Shown here: positions 1-14,060 of the stretch, one piece after another
How the letters are laid out: every line of letters begins with the position of its first letter
Numbering within the stretch: the first letter of the stretch is position 1
Assembly: GCA_951406725.2 (NCBI GenBank)
Contig: OX597828.1
Coordinates: 73,656,001 to 73,720,000, forward strand
Direction of reading: 5' to 3'
Length of the DNA stretch: 64,000 nucleotides
Origin: Octopus vulgaris
Taxonomy: Eukaryota
Notes under the pieces: model-generated
What the model was told of the DNA's origin: nothing
Databases searched by the model: none
Seen by the model: the letters and a program-made list of their open reading frames with translations, nothing else
Made by a program: the position numbers and the translations under genes

Positions 1-322
1 CCAAGAATGTGGGATCATATCGTACGTCTTACTAGAATCGATCCATGACATGACTAAATTACTTTTCCTCCTCTTGCAATCTCTGAGTACAGTTTTGTCT
101 GTCAGGAGTTGATCCTTGGTACCTCTGCATTTACGTTGGCAAACCCTTCTGCTCATGTGGCAGGATTTTCAATGTTTTTCAGGCGCAACACTCTCCTACC
201 CAATGTCAACCACTCTGGTATTCCTTGGTCGGCATTTAACAAGGTGTTGAGTTGCGCAGTTAATCTTTTGATCCAGTAGCCTTGAACTTCATCAGGTCTT
301 GGGGGCCTTCCATTTGCTCATT
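1..322 (-). mobile_element. R4/Dong-clade non-LTR retrotransposon, reverse transcriptase fragment (frameshifted; runs off window start)
   Basis: Manual minus-strand translation gives KWKAP/RPDEVQGYWIKRLT...IPEWLTLGR and [51 protein letters not shown], the N-terminal RT motifs typical of R4/Dong elements. Confidence 0.85.
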
Positions 323-504
323 ATTCTGCAGAGGGAGAGAGAGGGAGAGGGGGAGACAGAAGGGGTAGAGAGAGGGAGAGGGGGAGACAGAAGGGGGGAG
401 AGAGAGGGAGAGGGGGAGACAGAAGGGGGAGAGAAATACATATATACATATGCTGTTTCTGGGTCTCTTATGTTGCGACTACATTGATGAATATCGCGTT
501 GGGT

Positions 505-625
505 TCATGCCACCTCTACCTCAACTTTTCCTCCTCCCACTCTTCCCACACCAAACTGGCCATCTCCTACTTCCAGTCCCTCCGACTCTGTGACCAGTGT
601 TTCGAGACTCAAACTCAATACCAGG
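505..625 (+). mobile_element. Penelope-like element, RT C-terminal (thumb) fragment
   Basis: HLYLNFSSSHSSHTKLAISYFQSLRLC resembles the PLE motif YLxxxSxHPxHxKxxIPYSQxLRLxRIC. Confidence 0.55.
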
Positions 626-1637
626 GTTCGGCTTTGAATTCCTTCTATAATCTTCAAAAGTGCTATTAATACCGAGTTGTTTTTGCCGGATAATCCGCCC
701 TAACATGTTAATTCGGTGAGTAGGAATTTAGATTATCATACAACTCAATACTCATCGTATATGCAGACGGAGAACCCATCGTTTATCCAGAAACTGAAAA
801 CTTCCACAGCTTTAACAAAAATGGTGGAAACTTGAAGAAATGGGAAGAGTGAAGCCTCGAGAAAGTCAACAAAAACCCATCAATGTACAAACAAATAAAC
901 AAACACATAAAATAAAACGGTAAGACAAAAACAAACATAAAATCCGCGAAAAGATAGAAAAAAAAGAACATATGAACTGAAAATGGGAATAAATTTAACA
1001 TAAATAAAGCAAGATTCCAGTTAGAATTTTATGTAAAAATAAAAATGAAGTTATGAAAGCATGTAACCCCTTTTGTGGAGAGAAAAATTGCTATTAAAGT
1101 TTTTTAAAAAGTAACCGTGAAAATATTAAAGGAATCTAAAACAATATTTGTTGTGTTTAAGTGGAAATATTTTAACCAATCCCTATGCAGGAAAATGAAG
1201 AACAAAAAAGCTATTTTTGCATGAATGCTTAAATTCAAGGTTTACGTTTTCTCCTACGTACACTTTCTGAAGCCGAGGGCAAATAGACAATTCTCCGTAG
1301 TTCTGAACATTTAAAACGGGTATTATCATACTTATTCTCGTTGCTGTTGTTATTGTTGTTGTTATGAATTCCTTATTAGTGTAACTGTTATATAACCAGC
1401 TGAATTTCTTTATTATTTATTTTTTTTTTTTTTGCATTAAGTAAACGATACTTTTAAAGTGAAAGAAAATAAATACTTTATGCACAGATGTCTGTATTTC
1501 TTCAGGCTTACAAAATTGGAGATGGCTTTTACATTCCTCACTTCCAAATATCGTGTTCACAAACACACACAAACGTGCACGTACATTCACACAAATACAC
1601 AGAGTTTTGTGTGGGTATGTATACCTATATTTATGAA

Positions 1638-1701
<64 letters not shown>

Positions 1702-1997
1702 TAACTATATAAAGTACACAAATTTTGAAGCATATATACATGCATATATATGTGTGTACATACATGAACACGCACACACACACATATATATGTGTGTGTG
1801 TGTGCATGTATGCATGCACACATACATGCAACGATACTTATATTTGCACAATGTGAGGGGGCAGTGTAGTGTTATGATAAGTCAATATAAACATATTATC
1901 TCTCTTTACCATATATATGTATGTATATATATATGTATATATATATATATGTATATATATATATGTATATATATACATACATGCATACATACATACA

Positions 1998-2029
<32 letters not shown>

Positions 2030-2524
2030 ATTTCTTCGCATGAGGAAAAACTAAAAAAAAAATGAACATAAATTACTAATTTATGAAAAACAAGACAAAA
2101 AAATAAACGAAGACATCCTGAAAAACAGTAACTGCAGCAGTAACAACAACAACAACAACAATAACACCAACAGCAGCAACACGATGAATAACAACAGCAA
2201 CGACCATAACGAAACTAATGAATACGCTGTCATATTTATTTGGAACTGGAAATGTTCCGTTTGTCTTGGAGGTATTTTTACATCGGTAAAATTCCTATCC
2301 TTATTAAGATTGATGTTGAAATCTAAACTTGTAAACTTAACTTGAATACTTAAAAAAAAAAAAAAACTTGTGGTAGCTTATGGTAGCTTTGCCTTACAAT
2401 CTGTTTGTTTATTGAAAGACTGCAAAATGTAACCGAAAGTGTTCGATTCTTTTTAAAATTTCCATGTTGTTTTCTGCGTCTTAAACATTATTGTCATACT
2501 TATTATCACTTTTATGATTATTAC

Positions 2525-2573
<49 letters not shown>

Positions 2574-2582
2574 GTTATCGTT

Positions 2583-2615
<33 letters not shown>

Positions 2616-2619
2616 ACTT

Positions 2620-2765
2620 AAGGCGGCGAGATGGCAGAATGTTTAGCAGCCCGGTCGAAATTCTTAGCAGTATTCCGTCTGCCGCTACGTTCTGATTTCA
2701 AATTCCGCCGAGGTTGACTTTACCATTCTTCCTTTCGGGTTCGATAAGATAAGCACCAGTTGAGC
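2620..2765 (+). mobile_element. tRNA-derived SINE, family A (partial)
   Basis: GGCGGCGAG-TGGCAGAA head, B-box-like TTCAAATTCC and the CCTTTCGGG-TCGATAA core shared with the copies at 13.4-14.0, 30.4, 34.1-34.4 and 37.0-37.8 kb. Confidence 0.8.
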
Positions 2766-3475
2766 ATAAATATATTTATGCGACCCACTTTCACAAGGTT
2801 TCCGTCTACTTAATTCACTCACAAGGCATTAGTGTGTCCGTATCTGGAGTAGAAGGTACTCGCAGAAGGTACTAGTAGAAGTTGCCACGGAATGGCATTG
2901 AAATCAAAATCCCGTGGTTGCAAAGCCGGCCTTTTCACCAAACAACTACACGCACTTTCAAAGAACTACTAAATTACATGGGCCTTCTTAAACGGCGTAA
3001 ACATTCAATAAAAACTTCTCGCCTTATGCATACGATAGAAACAATTAATGACCGTAGACTGGTAAACTCGAGAGCATCGAACTTAATACATAGATACATT
3101 CTTCCTATCTTTTTACATTCTGGGTTTTTAACTCATCGAGGTCAAATGACTTGATACTTTCAAAGGCTGATCAAACTGGCTTCGTAGCATCGATTACTCC
3201 ACTAAAAGCTTCGATTCTCACATCACTAGAAGCCAGGCATTATTCAACACGTTGCAATTATTGATGTTAAGAGTAAACTGCGGTAATTTAGGGTCTTCTT
3301 ATACCTTTCTCAGCATGTCCAGTGACTACAGGTGATGAATCGAAGAATTAATTACGGAAGGACTGGAAAGAGGTGGCGATCTGGGTCAGATGTCCGGTCA
3401 ACTAATCGGTTCAATCCCGAGGTGTCTATCTATAGATTATACTTCACATATATGAATGCATATATGTGTGTGGTG

Positions 3476-3562
<87 letters not shown>

Positions 3563-3675
3563 GATATATATATATATATATATAAAGGGTGCGTAAGATA
3601 TTTGAGGACAGATTTATGTTTATAAAAAAACAGCTATACAACAGATAACTATATTTGTCAAAAAATGCTATGAGG

Positions 3676-3676
3676 G

Positions 3677-3740
<64 letters not shown>

Positions 3741-3770
3741 TGTATGTATGTATGTATGTATGTATGTATG

Positions 3771-3804
<34 letters not shown>

Positions 3805-3830
3805 TGTATGTATGTATGTATATATGTATG

Positions 3831-3864
<34 letters not shown>

Positions 3865-3878
3865 TGTATGTATATATG

Positions 3879-3912
<34 letters not shown>

Positions 3913-3926
3913 TGTATGTATGTATG

Positions 3927-3957
<31 letters not shown>

Positions 3958-3960
3958 TAT
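3676..3960. repeat. (TATG)n microsatellite
   Basis: Direct reading; source of the MYVC/HTYI ORFs. Confidence 0.95.
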
Positions 3961-5061
3961 GTTTGTAAGTATGTATGAATGCTTGTATGTATGTAAAAAA
4001 GCGGACAAATTTTGTGCACATATATATATGGAAAGAAAGAAGCAAAAACAAGAAATATGTATTTAGGTATGCATGTAGGCATGTATGTATATATGTATGA
4101 CTATATATATATTCACACACACACATATACGCATATATATATATGTATATCTATAAACACATACATGTACACACGCACACACACGCACGCACACAAGCAA
4201 ACACACACACAACCACACACACATGAGTATGTGTGCGTTTATGTATCAATGTGTACGCAATCAGAAGCCGAAGAATGATGTTTTCTTTTACCCGAGGTCT
4301 TAGTCACCGTTAATATGTAAATATATACATTTGCCTGTGTCTGTATAGAGATAAAGAGAGAGAGAGAGAGAAAGAGAAGAAGAAAGAAATATTGTGTTGC
4401 AAGTAAACACACTCGGTCTTAATATATAAAATGTACATACATCCTATGTATCGGGTTACATATAGAGAGAAGCCAAAAACTGAAAATACTCTGAATAATT
4501 TTCTTTAAGCATATGAATATCTCTGTATTCACAGAACAAATTTACATGGTGCACACAAGATACAGAAGACTAAGGACTGAAGTCATGGTATTTCACGTCC
4601 GACAGAAGGGGTTCGTTCCCTCTTTACACATCCTAACAAAAATTCTAATCTTGACATATTTATCCCATACTACTCATCTTTCTGCCCAGATTCCAAAATC
4701 CAAATCTTATAAAACTCATTCAAAGGGTTTTGCTCCTGAAAAATGGAGCACATAGAGCACATGGAGCTCCAGCATGGGAGTTAAGGCCCCTTTTAGGGGG
4801 GGGGGTCTTAAAGTCAAAGAGAGAAGTTGAATTGTTGGGAATCTTTTTTAGCTTATATCGATTGTCCAAACTTGTTTGAAAGCGGAAATATATGAATGTT
4901 CAGTGGGTTATATTATAATAATATAAATAATTTATCTAATTGTCAATTAAAACTCTCAGTTTCATCTATTGTTTGTAATTCACATTGTACTGCTATCTAT
5001 GTGGTATTCAACTGACGTTGATTTAGACACCTCTTTGAAGGAATTATTTCCCTTAATTTGT

Positions 5062-5143
<82 letters not shown>

Positions 5144-5308
5144 AGAGAGCGAGAGATAGTTAGATAGATAGATAAAACTTTCTTGGAAGAGGATGCGTGG
5201 CGTTCAATCATGTAATAATATAAATAATATATATATATATATATATATATATGCATATATACATGTGCATATGTGCATACCTACATCTATACGTATGTAT
5301 ATATGCAT

Positions 5309-5349
<41 letters not shown>

Positions 5350-5547
5350 TATGTATTCTCATTTTCATCATGTTCAACCGTTGCTCCCTATACATTGTTT
5401 TTTACCCATTTTCTCTTTTCTCTGAATCCTTTCTGTCGAAGATGGTTTTCCGTTTTGTTTTTTTTCTAGCATTAAAGCAATACACCTGTTTGTTATTCCC
5501 TCACCTGTCTTCGTCTTTTGTTTCCTGTAAATGTGTAAATATATATA

Positions 5548-5726
5548 TTCTTTTATTCTTTAACTTGTTTCAGTCATTTGACTGCGGCCATGATGGAGTA
5601 CTACATTTAGACCTCAGAACTATTGTTTTATTTTGCCGAACAGCTAATTTACGGGCGTGTAAAACACACCAACATCGGTTTAAAGGCGATGGTGGGAGGA
5701 ACAAACACAGACACACAAACATATAC

Positions 5727-5785
<59 letters not shown>

Positions 5786-6279
5786 TTTATAATACAAATG
5801 AGAAAATGGAGAAACAATTTAGTTGGTTCATCAGCTTTAGGATATTACAATGTTGACTTATTTATTCATTTAACAAAAACCAGAACCTTAATAGCATACA
5901 TATATACATTCTAATTCAATACATATAAGATAAGAATACAATTATAAAATCATAATAAAAATTATTGAAATCATTAGAATCAGTCCTTACAGCTGTTTCA
6001 GCCTATGGTTAAAAGTAGTTTTCTCCCCAGTGCCTATAGTTGTCAATTAGATTGAGGTTGTAGGCATTTAAAAATAGGGTACTTATATATAACCATAGGC
6101 CTCGTCAGAGATTATAAAGAACTTTAAAAATATTAATACATGAAACAGTATACACGTACAATTCAATATATATAAATATGAACAAATATCCATATACACG
6201 TACACATATACATATATACATACATAAGCAAAGTATATACACCTTTACATGTGTATGAATACATAAATAAGCGCAAATA

Positions 6280-6319
<40 letters not shown>

Positions 6320-6410
6320 GCGACGGTTTCTTTCAGTTTCAGTCTACCAAAATCCACTCTCTAGGCACAGGTCGACCCAAGGTTATTGTAGAAGACACTC
6401 ACACAAGTGT
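5548..6410 (-). mobile_element. SINE family D, split at its internal (TA)n by a Penelope-like fragment
   Basis: 3' half at 5548-5720 and 5' half at 6318-6410 match the intact copy at 22941-23353; the intervening DNA contains a hammerhead motif. Confidence 0.7.
5985..6111 (-). ncRNA. Type I hammerhead ribozyme motif (Penelope-type) with long stem II
   Basis: Minus strand reads tct-CTGACGA-ggcctatggtta...taaccataggct-GAAA-cagctg-TA-agg. This gives a conserved core, 12-bp stem II, palindromic stem III ACAGCTGT and a GUA cleavage site; stem I is only about 3 bp. Confidence 0.7.
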
Positions 6411-6511
6411 GAACTGATAGATAGATAGATAGATATACACACACATATTGTATATGAATATTTGTTACTAAGTGAATATACAAATATGAATGCATAAATA
6501 CACGCTCTCTG

Positions 6512-6562
<51 letters not shown>

Positions 6563-8387
6563 GTGCGTGTGTGTGCGTGTATATATATATATATATGTAT
6601 GTATGTATATATGTATGCATGTATACATTGAATATATATATATACGTATGTATGTATATGTTTGTCTGTATGTATAGTACTGCAGGTGTGGGGGTGGTGA
6701 AAACCCCGCCTTTTAAGATATCAACTAATACCCTAATCGGAGAATATAATCTTCGACATTATTCCGGAAAAGCCTAAATCGTTATCGCCATATTTATCAA
6801 TATTACATTCGAGGTCAACCAGCTGGCCATCACATGTAACACAACCATTTTCGCCATCATCACCATCGTCAACATCGACTTCATCCTCCTCCTCCTTATG
6901 TTTCTCATCATCATCATTATAATCATCATCATCGTCGTCGTCGTCGTCATATTCCTCGTGTTCCCTGTCGCTGTCATCTTGGTCATCATCATCAGCATCC
7001 TCATCATCATCATCAACATTATCATTCCCATCATCGTCATCTACAAGAGCAGCATCAGCAGTATTATCATCATCTTTGCCGTAATATTCCCTGCCCTAAT
7101 CCCCACCCTCCTCCGCATTATCTTCCTCCCCCTCCGCCTCCCCTCCTTCTCCTCCTCACCATCATCATTATTATACAACGCCTCTTTACTACCATTAACA
7201 CTACAATCATCAATACCATTGTCTGGCACTCTTGTAAATCCGACACCATATCTTGTACAGCTATTTCGCAACAGATGTTCCCTCATCCTCCCCTTGGGAC
7301 TGTTTTGATCTGAAGCTATTCCACTTACCATTGTCAGCTGCAGCGGAATAAAGCATCGAGAAACTGGTCATTCTCTCAGTTCTGCGAGTGATATCTGCGA
7401 CGTGACAAAGCACCTCTGGAATGGCATTTGTGTCAACTTTCTAAGGCATTGTCTTCTCTTTCCCGTAGCCACATTGTCTCTTTGTTGTAGTTTAATGCGT
7501 CTTCCTACGAACATGTGCACACACACTAACACACAACACACACACAACACACACACACATACACATTTATCCCTAAGGATACATGCACACATTCACATAT
7601 ATACACATGAATACATATACGTACATACACTCGTATGTGTATGTGAATGTGTATGTCTGCGTGTGTGTTGAAATATGTGTATGTATGTATGTATGTATGT
7701 ATGTATGTATGTATGTATGTATGTATGTATGTATATATATTTATATATCTATGTGTGTATATATAGCTGGATATACATATTTATATATTTATATGTCTGT
7801 GTGTGTAAATGCATTTATGTGTGAATAGCTGTGTATATATACATGTATATCTTTATATATATACGTGTGTGTGTGTTTGTGAGTATGCATATGTGTGTTT
7901 CTCTAAGCGTTTGAGTGTGCGTGTGTGTGTGAGTGCGTGTGTGCGTGCATGTGCAGTGCATGTGTGATCCTGCGTGTACGATGCATGTATATATGTGCGT
8001 GCGTGTGAATTTTTGGGCGTGTAAGTGTGCGTAGAAATCAGAGAGAATGCTTCCTAAACAGCAAAAATTAACTTATTAACCTGAGCGTTGCGTTCCAGCC
8101 TTCGGTTGATGAGCTGCAGGTTATTGACGTGTGCACGTGACTGGCAATGTGAATTATCGACTGATCCATACTGTTTCTCCTGCCAACACCACTACAATAG
8201 CTCATGATGATGATGATGATAATGATGATGATGATGATGATGATGATTATACTAATGGTACTGATGAGAATAAGAGGCAAAGTTCGTCCTCAGCAACATG
8301 GAAACTCAGAACGTATAGCCGAAAGAAACGGCGCTAAGTATTTTGTCCGGCATGCTAAAGATTCTGACAGGAACCCCGTCTTAATGA

Positions 8388-8463
<76 letters not shown>

Positions 8464-8520
8464 TATGATGATGATGAGGAGGAGGAGGATGAGGAGGAGG
8501 AAGAGGGGGACGAGGAGGAA

Positions 8521-8726
8521 GAGGTTAAGCAATTGTGGTCGCTGAAAAAGGTGGTAGTAGTGCCAATAATTGTCGGAACTCTGGGAACTATGATTAAGAA
8601 TCTTGAGAAGTACATGGAACAAATAGGGGCTGCAATAAGGGTAGAACACTTGCAGAAAACAGCACTGGTAGTAAAGAGCTGATACCGTAGTACATCTCCA
8701 GCGGCAGAAGCTGAGCAAAGACAATC
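8521..8726 (+). mobile_element. R4/Dong-type LINE 3' fragment (end of restriction-like endonuclease plus 3' UTR) followed by (TAA)n
   Basis: Translates as EVKQLWSLKKVVVVPIIVGTLGTMIKNLEKYMEQIGAAIRVEHLQKTAL, homologous to the C-terminus of ORF 28022-28375; abuts a TAA array. Confidence 0.8.
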
Positions 8727-8758
<32 letters not shown>

Positions 8759-8828
8759 TAATAATGATAATAATGATAATAATAATAATGATAATAATGA
8801 TAATAATAATAATGATGATGATGATGAA

Positions 8829-8897
<69 letters not shown>

Positions 8898-8967
8898 AAT
8901 GATGAGAAGAAGAAGAAGAAGAAGAAGAAGAAGAAGAAGAAGAAGAAGAAGAAGAAGAAGAAGAAGA
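8727..8967. repeat. Compound (TAA)n/(GAT)n/(AGA)n microsatellite
   Basis: Direct reading. Confidence 0.95.
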
Positions 8968-11900
8968 ATCTGTTTGTTTACAGCGAATTTCTTAGCCCTC
9001 GGTGTCGGGAAGACACTCAGCAAGAAATGGAAACAAAACCGAAGGAAGAAGATAGGTGGAGAAATATGCGCAGGGAATGAATCACCAAGTAAAAGATAGT
9101 TTTAAAATCACGAATACAACACTAGGTTAATGTTGGGACGCCAAAACTCCAGAGGAAATGTAACTAACTTCGCATTAACCAAAAACCATGGCACCAGAAC
9201 AAGTTTCCAAGTCATTGCTCACAATATTTAATCGTTGTGGAGCAGCCTTTTGCCATTGTTGTATCTGTCTTTTGACGACGATTGTTTCTCTGACAGATAT
9301 TGTTATATTCCGCGGTCGTGGATAGAATTGTTTCATCTGGCATTATTATCCTCAAACGGTTGGAGCGTTAAAACGTCCACCCAGTATCACAGTATGGTTA
9401 CAATATCAGCACAGAAACGACTATCAACACAGTCGACACGTACTCTCGACCTTCTCGTGTCGACCGGCTACTGAGCTATTTATCATGGCTGGCTACTACC
9501 ACTTTTTACCGGGAGGGGTATACAGTTTCATTATACAACATTATCGGGGATACGTCAGGTGCTAATATTCTCTTTTAGTAAGATACGCATTGAGAAAGCA
9601 CGTGACAAGCACAGTACGGCGAGGAGCATGCCCTATCGCGAAGGGGTTGCACTGAACAGCACTGCACCCTCACTATCCAACGGTGAGCCCACAGATACAT
9701 AGTGATACACGTATTTCAAAACTCCACTGTAAAATTATTACAAATTAGTGCCTACCCAGAATATTCTGAAGTACCCACAGGCGCCAGAGTCTCGTGACGA
9801 GTCGGGCGAGGTGCACCTTATTCCCCAAAACTAACTGAACACCTTATAATTTACAGATTCAATTATCTTCCTTAAGAAACCTCGCAATGCCTTCGCTGCT
9901 GCAACAATATCGTCGGGATTCAATGAATATTTAGGGGAAAAAAAGAAAATTTTTTTCAGGGAGGCAGATTGGATGTTTTGTCGAGATACCAATTTGTAAA
10001 GATTAGTTGCTTATCAATAAATGCATAATCGAAGTAATATATTTCTGCGTACACAGAAGTGCATTCTTATATATGTGTACGTGTGTGTGTGTGTGTGTAT
10101 ACACTTCGTTTCAGTATTTGATTTGCAAGATTCATGGTGTGAATTCGAGTGTTGAAACAAATCCTCTTGTGTCACAGGAGGTTCATTGCGCCAATAAGGG
10201 TAACACAAGCACAGGTTCAGTACCACTTCTTTGTTTATTAGTCAATCGGTTAATTACCTAACTACTTAATCGATCGTTTGGTCTACGTGCTGATTATACA
10301 ATCAATTGATTGTGTGTTAGTCGAAATTCTTTCGTCGTCTTTATCGACATTTTCAGTTACTGAATTCTCCTCTGTCTCCATCGTCTGCTCTGAGTCTGAC
10401 CAAAAATTGGTCGGACGGACTCGGAGCAGATAATGGACAAATTTCAAAAGATGAATAATCTGTGATATTTTGAAAATATATTCCACTCAAAATTTACAGG
10501 ATAAGCCGTTTCCTTGAGTGAAAAAATGCTTAAGGTGTGTCTAGTGTATAAGTATTAATTTTCTTTTGTGAATGTAAGTAGTGAAACTTATGCCTTATCA
10601 TTTGGGTAAAATCCAGGTTTCCGCGATTTCTTTAGAATTATTCTCTTTTCTACAATGCATTATTTGCATTTCTAAGCAGCGTTTAATATATTCATAGTTT
10701 GGAATATTAGGCCCACTTCCAGCTGATCTCGTGTGATAAGCAATTTTCTTTTAAGTCACTCCTTCACCACCCACGACACTTACATCGCCCACCCCACCTC
10801 CCTTCACTACCTATAGCTTTGTGTTTCATATCATTCTCTTTTTCAATATTTCTGTATGATGCATTCCACGTGTGTAATCGTCGTAATCAGTTGTATAGTT
10901 TTTTTGTTGGTGTCATTCCCGAACATCGAAGAGTTAATCTCTGCCTGATCAATGATGCTCTTAGGTTTATAAAGAAAGGGACTCAAATATCTAGTGGCCA
11001 GCGAAAAGAGTTTAAGGAGAGATGAGTCGATATTTGTGCCAAGAGTGTTAAACAGCAGCAGAAAATTAAACGGTTGTAGCAGTGGTAGTCCTATATATGT
11101 TAATATAGTTTTGTAACTCTTGAGCATCGACGCGACACAAAATTCATGATGTAGTCTGAATATCAGACCTGATTAAATTGATCCTGTCTTAATTTTCTAA
11201 AAAGTGTTGGCTAAGATTTTAGCGATATTTGTAATTTCTCGCAGGCTCAGATTCTGGCAACAAGTCTGCTAATTTTGAATGCAACAAACAGAAAATTCTT
11301 TCCATAGTTAAAAGAAACCGATAATTTAAGAATATTTTTCACTGGAATTGTATGATTGTGTTTTTTATTTCAAACATTATCATATTTTCTGATTCCATTT
11401 AGACAATCTTTGGTATATTGTGATGGCGATATGGTTACAACTAGCGGCTGTGGATACATACTTACGTGTATGTATGCATGCATGCATGTACACACATACA
11501 ACACATATAAATCTACGTATGTGTTAGCATGAAAGCGTATGTATATATATATATATGTATATATGTATATATATATATATATATATATACATATATATAT
11601 GTCTGTGTGTATGCATGTATGTCTGTACATACATATATATGTATACATATATACATATATGTACACATATATATAAACATATATATATCTATATATATAC
11701 ATATATAGATATAGATATTATATATATACGTATATATATATAAAAATATATATGTATATATGTAATGTTTATATATATATATATACATAAATATATATAA
11801 ATATATATATATGTATGCATATATGCGTGTGTGTATATATATACACATACATATACCAGGCACACATTGTTCTATGGCAATTGGAGCCAATAAAAAGGTT

Positions 11901-12467
11901 GGATAAACAGTTGAATTCCCACGATTTGAATCAACACAGAACCATTGACATCTGCTCAATGTATCGTGTCACATGGAGTTTATTAAATACCATTTCAATG
12001 ATTGTTTATTGTAGGAAAATAATATTTCTGCTTTATTGTTCAACGAAATACACACACACACACACATACATGCATACATACACACTCATACACACACCTA
12101 CAGACACACACTTACACACTTACACACGCATGCATACACATACTTGTATATTTGGTTATATTTATAATTGCATAATGTGCATATAAGCAGCTACAAATAT
12201 ATGCACACACATGCATATACACACTCATGCAAACGTTCCACACACGTAGGCAGGTATAGAAACGCATACATATATAAATGTTTAAAGATGTATGTATGTA
12301 TGTTTGTATGTATGTATGTATGTTTGTATGTATGTATGTATGTATGTATGTATAGATATGTAATATGCAAACGCACACAGATGTATATGCTTAGGCATAT
12401 AAATATATATCTATATATACATATATTTATACATATGTATATATACATATATATAATCCTATAGATA

Positions 12468-12515
<48 letters not shown>

Positions 12516-12570
12516 TATATAAAAATATATATACGTATGATATACACATTTATATGATATTTATTTATAC

Positions 12571-12616
<46 letters not shown>

Positions 12617-13399
12617 GAGAGAGGTGGACAGTGCACATACGGATGTACACCTATGGATATCTATATATTTGTATGTCTGCATGGGGGGTAGGGTGAAAGT
12701 GTGTGTGTGTGCGTGTATGAATATATTTATCCAACGAGATACCTGTATTGTCAACCTTGGTTTGAGCTTCTGCTTTCATGAATGACAGCAGATGCGACAG
12801 GCAGAGTCTGTAAGGTTCGATTCAAAAGAGAGATATTTATTAGACTATTAGTAATAATAATAATAATAATAAAAAAAGCGATGAATATTTGCATTGCGAT
12901 ATTCAGTATGAGGCGTTCAATAAACAGCAAACTATTGCGATGGATGATATTAGTTATGTGTTCAGCGACTGGAGCAATGTAATGGAAAGTAAACAGTGTT
13001 TATTAGAGAAAATATGTCCGTTTTGTTGAAAGGCTTCAATCACGGCAGATAATTTGTACCACAAGATGTCGCCCATTGTATATAGAGGCTGTCTTGGCGC
13101 TGGGACCGGTGCTGGTCTTTGTGATCGGAGTGATGTTAATGGTTGTGACTACGGGAGCCTACTTTTGATGGTTTTAGGGGTGGTGATTGTGGCCAGAGTT
13201 CTAGTGATGTTTGTGGTTGTGGTGGCAGATGTACAGGTGTTAGTGTTTGTGATGGTCATGGTTCTTGCTGGCAGTGTTGCTGGTGTTTATGGCTGAGGTC
13301 AAAGTAGTGTCTGTGTGTACGGTTTGGGAGGTAGTATTGCAGCAGTGCTAGAGGTTGTCGCTTTAGTCGTGTTGCTGTTAAGATTTGTTGATGTGTAGG

Positions 13400-14060
13400 C
13401 GAAGAGCTGGTAGAATCGTGTTAATACGCTGGGCAAAATGGTTAGCGCTATTTTCGTCAGTCCTTACATTCTAAGTTCAAATTCCGCCGAGGTCGACTTT
13501 GCATTTCATCACTTCGGGGTCGTTAAATTAAGCACCAGTTGCGTACTGGGATCGGTCTAATCGGCTGGCCCGTACCCAAACATTTTTGGGCCATGTGCCT
13601 AGAGTAGAAAAGTATTTTCGTCTGTCTTTACGTTCTGTGTTCAAAAACTGCTGAGGTCGACTGTTTGCCTTTCATCCTGTTTTTAGTCGATAAAATAAGT
13701 ATCAGTGAAATACTGCGGTCATGTAATCGACTTAGTCACTCCTTCACCACCCACGACACTCACATCGTCCACCCCACCTTCTTTCACTACCTACAAAATT
13801 TCAGGTCCTGTGCCTTTAGTAGACATAATTCTGAACTCTTTCTCAAAAGTCACTGGATGGTAGAATCGTTAGCACGCCGAGCAAAATGCGCGATGCCATT
13901 TCTTCCAGTATTTTTTACCTTCTGAGTTCAAACTCCGCCGAGGTCATCCTTGTATTTAATCATTTCGGGGTCGATAAAAGAAGTACCAGTTGATTACTGG
14001 GGTCGATGTAATCGACTTACCCATTTCCCTGAAATTGCTGGCCCAGTGCCAATATATGAA
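13400..14060 (+). mobile_element. Three head-to-tail SINE family A copies
   Basis: Repeated GTTCAAA..CCGCCGAGGTCGAC...CGGGGTCGATAAA..AAGTACCAGT units starting near 13400, 13612 and 13855. Confidence 0.8.

Noticed and set aside
2975-3430. Possible Penelope GIY-YIG remnant on the minus strand
   Set aside because: Only vague similarity; no clear motif.
7330-7505. Minus-strand exon candidate with a GTAAGT donor
   Set aside because: All frames from the best acceptor hit stops; shorter versions give no recognisable protein.
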